Of a DNA stretch of 64,000 bases, positions 55,606-64,000 are shown piece after piece. Both the position numbers and the translations under genes were made by a program. Source of the stretch: Octopus bimaculoides. Taxonomy: Eukaryota. The notes below the pieces were generated by a model that was given only the letters and a program-made list of their open reading frames with translations, was not told the origin of the DNA and made no database searches. The DNA lies in NCBI RefSeq assembly GCF_001194135.2, contig NC_068982.1, positions 164,726,726-164,790,725 on the forward strand. The letters run 5' to 3'. How positions within the stretch are numbered: the first letter of the stretch is position 1; every line of letters begins with the position of its first letter.

Positions 55606-55867
55606 CAAATGCTCTAATATTGTACACTATGAAAATGAAATCCGTACTGGATACAGCCAATAAAGTAAAAATGCTATGCAAATTACTTACCTAATTTGAA
55701 ATGTAAAATATATGATGACTGCACACCGTGAAAAGAAGACAAGGAGAATGGTTTTAATTGCTTTCCATATGTTAAGGTCTTATCAAAGAAATGGTAACCG
55801 GCTTCTTATATTAATTCATATAATCTATACGAATTAGGAGACGAATAAACCAGTCTCTCTCATTTAC

Positions 55868-55942
55868 AGCACGTAAAGACCACCGAAATGACGCTAAGCA
55901 TTTTGTCCGGAGTGCTATCGATTCCGCCAGTTAGCCGCCTTA
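55868..55942 (-). mobile_element. SINE family B head fragment
   Basis: cgtaaagaccaccgaaatgacgctaagcattttgtccggagtgctatcgattccgccagttagccgcctta. Confidence 0.75.
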
Positions 55943-56539
55943 ACAACAACAAACAATAATAATAATACTTATTTTATTCGGAATAATAGACCAAAACTTG
56001 AGGATATGACAAACGTGAAATATGCGTAGTAACAAACAAAAAGAATAGAGAATTTACATGGAGTAAAAGAAAGAAATCAATGACAATATAAGCATATCAA
56101 TATAAAGATACCAATAACAAAATAAAATCAAGAGTGCTGAACATAATAAGAACAGGAAAATGATCCACAACAACTGCAGTGGATGATTGTGCGTATATTG
56201 CACACAACCTAAGCTAAGTCTGGGACAAATGAGGCAAGTATTATCATCCAAGTATTATCATCAGACCATACTCATTTCTTCCATGTACGTCAATTCAATC
56301 ACGCTAATTTTTCAAACCTTTCATAAAAGTTACTGGAGATTATCACCTTGCACTCTTAAATCTTTCTTCGTCAATTTGTACCTGAAGAACTTGGTGGGAG
56401 GTTATCCGAAAAGGAAGAAATTTCAAGATTCTAAGATATAATTTCACTTTCCAGAGCCATAAGACAAAAGAAGACTATTCGCTTTTCTTTTCCACTTAAT
56501 GCGATGAGACGGTTTTCGTAATCGAGACGTATCATCATC

Positions 56540-57879
56540 ATTATTATTATTTCTCTTTATCACAGGTTTTGTTGGAGCTCCTAGAGTCGTGCATGCGTAG
56601 CGGGCTTACTATCTGCAGCCTATGGTATCATTTTGTAACGGTTCTACTGGGCACCCTATTCCAGTTTCTTTTATATTCCCTTTAATGCCTTCTGATACTG
56701 ATCGCACGGACGCAACAATAATTGGCACTATCTTCATCTTCATTTTCTATTGCCGGGCTTTTCCCCCTTCCTTCTTGAATATTCGTGGGTCAAAGGTGCA
56801 TGCAACATCAACTATGCAGCATATGAGGTGCGCCTTGTCCACTACCACTAGGTCCGATCTGTTATGCTCTACCACCTGATTGATCTGTTTGGATTGGAAA
56901 ATCCCAGAGTATTTTGCTAGTCTCCAACTCCGCCACTCTCCGTGGTTTGTTCTCATACCACGTATTACCTCTCCCTAACCCCCACTTTTTTGCACAGCTT
57001 CCATGCTACACTTTCGCTACTTGACCGTGTCGCTACAACTTGTAGTGGTTTTGGAAAAATCTAGAGCATTCGTTCGTCATATGGGCAAGGGTCTCATCCA
57101 CTTTATTGCAGATGCGGCACAGCAGAGGCACTTGGTCATTACTAAGGTTTACCCTTCAGTTTATGACCAACGCTTGGTCTTGCGCTGCCAGTATACTGTT
57201 TCAGTCTCTTTTTTAGTGTTCCTTTTGTCAGCCAATCCCACCTATTTTTTCCAGCAATTTCTGTTGTGGCTATATGGAATTGATTGTGTAGTCCGTTGTA
57301 GCGTAATTCTTCTGCATGTCTTTGTTGTCCTTCTTCCTTTGTTTTCCCTTTTTTTATCTGCTTTCGATACTCCCTCTTTCCTAACTGTCACTAGCAAGGT
57401 TTCTTTACTTTTGGCTAGGTACTCCTTAAGCTCTCGAGCTCGATACGCACGCAGCATTCCACACTTATCAGTCTCCTTCCTGAATTTACTCTTCATGCAT
57501 AGATGACCAGTGTCTACACGTGGATGATGGGCTTCATGCATCGCTGGAGATTTCTTGACTTCCTGTCCATCCCCTTTAGCTCCTCCTAGTTCCACTTCAG
57601 GATTCCAGCGCCGTACCGAACTACTGCGACTGCGTACGAGTTTATTGCCGAAATTATGTTTCTGGCATTCAGCTTTGAATCCAATATTTCTCTCACTCGC
57701 CGTATATACTTTCTTTTTGTCTATTTCTTCAGGTCGTGGTGTTTGATTCCATCTGCCCTAAGTATCCCCTGGTATTTAAAGCTGGATTGCGGTTGAATTC
57801 TTTTCATCTTTTCCCCACTTTTCAACGATATGCCTTCTGTCGTGACAAGCTTTCCTCGTCTCATCACCATTGTAGCACA
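56540..57879 (-). mobile_element. R4/Dong-clade retrotransposon (subfamily Y), 5'-truncated, frameshifted
   Basis: Post-RT segment (FKYQGILRAD..., MHEAHHPRVDTGHLCMK), an intact CCHC (CRICNKVDETLAHMTNEC), endonuclease (EHNRSDLVVVD..IVDVACTFD, KIVPIIV), 3' UTR and a (TAA)n tail at 56540-56551. Confidence 0.9.
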
Positions 57880-57889
57880 TTATTATTAC

Positions 57890-57944
<55 letters not shown>

Positions 57945-57951
57945 GTTATTA

Positions 57952-57987
<36 letters not shown>
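57879..57987. repeat. (TTA)n microsatellite at the 5' junction of the Dong-like copy
   Basis: Directly visible. Confidence 0.97.
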
Positions 57988-57988
<1 letters not shown>

Positions 57989-58114
57989 GTTAATTTCTAT
58001 TATTTAACCGGTGAGATGGCAAAATGCGTAGTGTTATTTCTTCTGGAGATCTAGTAGAATCGTTAATACACTGGAGGACTTGCTAATATTTTGCCGCAAA
58101 AGTGATCCGTAACC

Positions 58115-58290
58115 AAAGTTTATTATCATTACATAAGTCTTTGAGAATGACCCTCACCTTCCCCTGTTCCAATGACTGCGAGTCTGAATATGCATTAACT
58201 AACGTCAGACGTGCGCCGCACCATACGTCTTCCCTCTGGTGTCAGGGGATTTTCCTCCACGTCTCTAGGAGATCCACATCAATTTCCACT
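58115..58290 (-). mobile_element. Possible L1-clade APE endonuclease C-terminal fragment
   Basis: DLLETWRKIP*HQREDVW...RLTLVN loosely fits LxDxWRxxHPxxREYTW. Weak. Confidence 0.3.
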
Positions 58291-58517
58291 ATGGAGGGTA
58301 CCAAGGAAACCCATTATAGCTATCGCAAGGCAAATATAACTTAATTTTCTTCTTCCTCTTGCCAGTTGATCTTTCGTTTAGTGAAACACCTATCCTTCTG
58401 AGATGACGTTTCTTTACATTTGTTCTGCCAGTGAAATATTTTGACAACAACGGTAATTTTATATGCAAGTGACGTGGTTAAAACAGTATTTAACTTGCAT
58501 TCAAAACATTCGCTTGG

Positions 58518-58518
<1 letters not shown>

Positions 58519-58592
<74 letters not shown>

Positions 58593-58640
58593 TGCGTGTG
58601 TGTGTGTTTGTGTGTGTGTGTGCGTATGTGCGCGCGCGCG
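58519..58640. repeat. (TG)n/(CG)n microsatellite
   Basis: Directly visible. Confidence 0.96.
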
Positions 58641-59269
58641 CGAATATTGTATTCGTTTCCAAACTTGTTGTTTGCTTTGAAATGCTTCTTTTCTTTCTTG
58701 TTCATTTCTTGAATTTGTTTATTCTTCCTATTCTGTTCGGTTACAGCAATGACCTGCTTGCCATTACCTTCGGGAGGACGTTTCCAAAAGGAAAAGACAA
58801 TTTTGACGTGTCGTTACACGAGAAAAGACGAATAGAAATATTGAAAAAAATCTAAGGTGGATTTAATCGATCGTACCATGCCACTACAAATTCTGGCTTT
58901 TTGCCCTGCAGTATAAGAAATCATCATTATCTTCAATAGCCAATATTTTTCCACTTTGAATAATTATGTAATTATTTTCTTTTTTTGGTGAGAGTGTTAA
59001 TGTGCTGTTACGTTCATTTCAGTTGTTTCTTGTGGGTGCGTTATTTTCTGGCGAACAGCCACCATATATTGAACGTAAACGAAGTAAATGTATGTTTGAA
59101 AATATTCAGAACTCACGTCTATGGAAAGACGAATAAAACACTACAATTCCCTAGAGAAATTTATTCAAAATAATATTTTGTTTTTCTTCAACTGCGCTCA
59201 CTCTATGGAAGAAGCACAAGCACCGCTGAATCTATTAAAACCACGCAACTACAACAGCAAAACAACAAT

Positions 59270-59796
59270 AATACAAATTTAGGTACAAGGCTAGCAATAT
59301 CCAAGACGGGATTACATCGACCACAGTGCTCAACTGGTACTTATTTTATCGATCCTAAAATGTAGATTTTGATCTCAGAAGGTAAAGACGGACGAAATAC
59401 CATAAGGATTTTGCCTGGTGTGCTAACGGTTCTTTTCTACTCTAGGTACAGGGCCTGAAATTTTAGGGGAGGGAGCCTGTCGATTAAATCGACCCCAGTA
59501 CGCAACTGGTACTTAATTTATCGACCCCGAAAGGATGAAAAGTAAAGCCGAACTCGAGGGAATTTGAACTTAGTATGTAAAGACAGGCGAAATATCGCTA
59601 AGCATTTCACCCGGCGTGCTAATGGTTCTGCCAATTCACCGCCTTAGCAATAATAATAATACTTTCAAATTTTGGTACACGACCAAACATTTTAGAGGTA
59701 GGGAGGGTTGTTCGATTAAACAGATTCCTTTATTTTATATTAGTACTTTATTTCATCAACCTGGAGAGAATGAAAAGGAAAGTTAACCTTCGCAGG
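59270..59796 (-). mobile_element. Three head-to-tail SINE family B copies
   Basis: Units at about 59270-59430, 59435-59645 (best preserved: gtcgattaaatcgaccccagtacgcaactggtacttaatttatcgaccccgaaaggatgaaaag...ctaagcatttcacccggcgtgcta) and 59650-59796 (runs into a gap). Confidence 0.85.
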
Positions 59797-60163
59797 NNNN
59801 NNNNNNNNNNNNNNNNNNNNNNNNNNNNNNNNNNNNNNNNNNNNNNNNNNNNNNNNNNNNNNNNNNNNNNNNNNNNNNNNNNNNNNNNNNNNNNNNNNNN
59901 NNNNNNNNNNNNNNNNNNNNNNNNNNNNNNNNNNNNNNNNNNNNNNNNNNNNNNNNNNNNNNNNNNNNNNNNNNNNNNNNNNNNNNNNNNNNNNNNNNNN
60001 NNNNNNNNNNNNNNNNNNNNNNNNNNNNNNNNNNNNNNNNNNNNNNNNNNNNNNNNNNNNNNNNNNNNNNNNNNNNNNNNNNNNNNNNNNNNNNNNNNNN
60101 NNNNNNNNNNNNNNNNNNNNNNNNNNNNNNNNNNNNNNNNNNNNNNNNNNNNNNNNNNNNNNN

Positions 60164-60199
<36 letters not shown>

Positions 60200-60469
60200 T
60201 AACAGAACAAAAATGGAATTTAACAACTTATATGTGCAGGACAGGGAATAACAAAACTGTAACTTTGGAAGCATGCCGAAGAGGCTGCCGCGCCTATGCC
60301 AACTCTAGATGCAACCCCAAAATAGTTGGAAAGGAATAGCTCGTTTCCATTTCCAGGACTGAATAACAAGAATCACCCTCATCCGTTGATAACTAGTTGA
60401 AATATGTAGAAGCAAAGAACAGTCAACAACTATATATAATCATATAGACATATACATAAGAGTATTACC

Positions 60470-60680
60470 TTTTTTGCCTTTTATTTGTTTCAGACATTTG
60501 GCTGCGGTCATGCTAGAGCACTTTCTTGAAGGGCTTTAGTAGAACAAATCGATCTCAGGACTTCTTTTTCTAAGCGAAGCACTTATTCTATCTTTCTCTT
60601 CTGCGGAATCGTTAAGTTACGGGGACGTAAATACTCAAAAACTAGTTGTCAAGTGGTGGCTAGAGACAAACACAGACGTA
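60470..60680 (-). mobile_element. SINE family A 3' half
   Basis: tttgtttcagacatttggctgcggtcatgctagagcac...aagttacggggacgtaaa...gacaaacacagac is the reverse complement of the family A 3' body. Confidence 0.8.
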
Positions 60681-60744
60681 AAGGTTACACAGACATAGAT
60701 GTATGCATAGAGACACAACAAATGAGTGAGGCGGAAAATGGAAT

Positions 60745-60830
60745 ACACGGGAAAACTTTATTGCTCACAACGATCGCTTCGACACATCATGCATCGATCT
60801 CTCGCGGGTGAGAAACTATACAACTAGCTG
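60745..60830 (-). ncRNA. Decayed minimal type I hammerhead ribozyme (Penelope-like terminus)
   Basis: Minus strand: ctcac-ccgcgaga-ga..gcatgatgtgtc-gaag-cgatcg-tt-gtgag followed by caataaag. It has stem I CUCAC/GUGAG and a palindromic stem III CGAUCG, but the catalytic core is mutated. Confidence 0.4.
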
Positions 60831-60975
60831 TGGTGCATCTCTCGGTGCAGGGTCGACTCGTCAGTTGATGTAATAAGAGGTATCTCGTTAAATAAACTCT
60901 TTTTCGCTCGGGTTTAATACGGCATGTTGTTAGTGACCGCAGGTTTAAGCCGACAGCCATCTTTCATTTTCCGTT

Positions 60976-61021
<46 letters not shown>

Positions 61022-61050
61022 CATATGTGCCTGTATAGCATATATGAATA

Positions 61051-61160
61051 GGCGCAGGCATGACTGTGACAAGAAGCTTGCTTCCCAGTCGCATGGTTCC
61101 GGATTTAGTCCGGCACTTTGGGGAAACAAGTATAACCGCGGGCCGATCAAGGCTTATGAA
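61051..61160 (+). mobile_element. SINE family A 5' part (unoccupied Tx1 target site)
   Basis: ggcgcaggcatgactgtgacaagaagcttgcttcccagtcgcatggttccggatttagtcc; a single copy of aagaagcttgcttc at 61071-61084. Confidence 0.8.
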
Positions 61161-61164
61161 ATAT

Positions 61165-61198
<34 letters not shown>

Positions 61199-61278
61199 CA
61201 CACGCACGCACACACACCCACACACACACACGCGCACACACACATATATATATATGTAAATAAGCAAGCATATGAACT

Positions 61279-61313
<35 letters not shown>

Positions 61314-62529
61314 ATGTGTGTGTGTGTGTATAATTATACTAATGTATCCATCTGTTCTAATTTAATTAAATTCTATGTCTTTGTGCAGCTGAAGATTGCT
61401 CTGCATTTTAAATTGATGTAATGATTGCATTGTTCAATCAAATTGAGTTGCATGAAACGATCGTACTGCATTACCTTCGGATATCCTTGTTGTTTATTTT
61501 GATTATTTATGTATGTATATATATANNNNNNNNNNNNNNNNNNNNNNNNNNNNNNNNNNNNNNNNNNNNNNNNNNNNNNNNNNNNNNNNNNNNNNNNNNN
61601 NNNNNNNNNNNNNNNNNNNNNNNNNNNNNNNNNNNNNNNNNNNNNNNNNNNNNNNNNNNNNNNNNNNNNNNNNNNNNNNNNNNNNNNNNNNNNNNNNNNN
61701 NNNNNNNNNNNNNNNNNNNNNNNNNNNNNNNNNNNNNNNNNNNNNNNNNNNNNNNNNNNNNNNNNNNNNNNNNNNNNNNNNNNNNNNNNNNNNNNNNNNN
61801 NNNNNNNNNNNNNNNNNNNNNNNNNNNNNNNNNNNNNNNNNNNNNNNNNNNNNNNNNNNNNNNNNNNNNNNNNNNNNNNNNNNNNNNNNNNNNNNNNNNN
61901 NNNNNNNNNNNNNNNNNNNNNNNNNNNNNNNNNNNNNNNNNNNNNNNNNNNNNNNNNNNNNNNNNNNNNNNNNNNNNNNNNNNNNNNNNNNNNNNNNNNN
62001 NNNNNNNNNNNNNNNNNNNNNNNNNNNNNNNNNNNNNNNNNNNNNNNNNNNNNNNNNNNNNNNNNNNNNNNNNNNNNNNNNNNNNNNNNNNNNNNNNNNN
62101 NNNNNNNNNNNNNNNNNNNNNNNNNNNNNNNNNNNNNNNNNNNNNNNNNNNNNNNNNNNNNNNNNNNNNNNNNNNNNNNNNNTATATGATATGATATTTC
62201 CTTTTTGACTGTGCCTTACTTCCCAGTGCCTTTGTACAACTAAATCGATAATAGTTTATGCCACCAAGCTTTATGTATGAGATGAGCGACCTATGTTAGT
62301 GCTTCCAATGACATTGACTGACTTTACATCTCGTCTGTTGTATGGTGTCTTTCCTTCTTATTCATTTATTTTTTTGTCAACTTTAGACGACTTTTAATTT
62401 TAACGTATCCCATAACTTAAAGATAACCTGCATTTACATTCTGCTTATCTTTGAATTTAGCATTCTGTAGCTTAAATTTCTCTATACAAATACACAGATT
62501 AACCGATAGCGTACTGTGTCACCAAAACA

Positions 62530-63021
62530 TGTACCAAGACTGATTAAAATCAAACATCCAGTGAACACCATGGTGTTTGGAGTGATCACTAGTGATGACG
62601 ATGTTATGTCTCCGTTCATCTTCCTACAGGGCCTCAGACTCGGAGGCTTACATCAGAGTGCTTGGAGGAGGTAGTGCTGCCCTGGGTCAAGAGGGTGGAT
62701 ACTGGAAGACCCTGAGGCTGGCTACAGGACTCTGCACCATGCCACATAAGCAGGAGAACTTAGTAATTGGTTGTCAGACAATTTCTGTGACCATATCACC
62801 TCCTATATCTGGTCATCTAACTCCCCAGACTGCAACCCCTTAATTATTATGTGTGGGGCGCAGTTGACTAACAAAACTCCTTGTAACACCAAAGATGAAC
62901 TGAAGGCAAGGATTATGGCAGCATTCACCACCTTAAACAAGGAGACCATCAAAAAGAGTTGCACGAGATTGTGAAGTAGTCTGGAAGCCGTGGTAAAGCC
63001 AATAGCGATTTTATTGAATAA
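62530..63021 (+). pseudogene. Tc1/mariner DD37D (maT-like) transposase, C-terminal remnant
   Basis: KHPVNTMVFGVITSD..LEEVVLPWVK..QDSAPCH..WLSDNFCDHIT..NSPDCNPL(D)YYVWGAV..KDELKARIMAAF. Reconstructed spacing between the second and third catalytic Asp is 37 residues. Frameshifted. Confidence 0.85.
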
Positions 63022-63280
63022 ATTTACTCTTTAGCATTTAAAGATATTCTTATGTAACTTTGGTAAATATATCTGTTAAAATGAGATGTCTGATATTTTC
63101 ATTTTTGCATAATTTAGACGACAATAACTACACCGCACTCTCTGTGTGTGTGTGTATATACATATATATATAGATAGGTATACATATATATACGTGTATA
63201 GACACGCATATATACCTATATATACAGACATACATAGACTAACACACAAAAATATATGTTTAAATGCATACATTCATTCA

Positions 63281-63316
<36 letters not shown>

Positions 63317-63326
63317 NNNNNNNNNN

Positions 63327-63364
<38 letters not shown>

Positions 63365-63749
63365 TGTACAAATATCCATATATATGTACTGTCTTCAGGC
63401 TATTTTATCTAATATTTCTATAGAAAAAGTTTTAATCAGTATTAGCTACCGATCTGTTATTGCTATTAAATCATCTATGACAAACAGTTTACTCTGATCA
63501 AATACCAAAACGAAGCTCCTATTTTAAATTAGCAAATGCCCGATTAGATTTTTCACTGAAGCACAAAAACCTTTTCTAAATTTAACCAATTACGGATATA
63601 CAATTTCTAATATATTGGGAAAATCGAATGAAATCTTGAAGATATGTGTGTTTTTTCTTGAAATTATCAACACAGTTCTTCTATTCAGTATTATGAATTA
63701 TTTTTAGTATGATTATGAAATCATTATCATCACCATCATCACCATCACT

Positions 63750-64000
<251 letters not shown>

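Overview
64 kb of AT-rich, microsatellite-dense eukaryotic DNA with several N-gaps, most flanked by (TA)n. No intact host protein-coding gene, rRNA, tRNA gene or CRISPR array can be supported. Nearly all long ORFs in the track are microsatellite, gap or transposon artefacts. The SINE families resemble octopus (cephalopod) SINEs as I recall them; the species assignment is an unverified inference. The window is a transposon graveyard. It holds at least three tRNA-derived SINE families (called A, B, C here), eight 5'-truncated R4/Dong-like RLE retrotransposon copies mostly tied to (TAA)n, L1/Tx1, RTE and CR1/L2 LINE remnants, mariner (DD34D) and maT-like (DD37D) transposase pseudogenes, and Penelope-like termini with decayed minimal hammerhead ribozymes. 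The most notable item is a ~3.3 kb Tx1-like LINE inserted into the tRNA-derived head of a SINE with a 14-bp target-site duplication, a candidate SINE/tRNA-targeting retrotransposon. Also notable are a stack of Dong-like copies chained through (TAA)n, a ~190-bp local inverted duplication with templated junctions, and an RTE copy with a twin-priming-like inversion.
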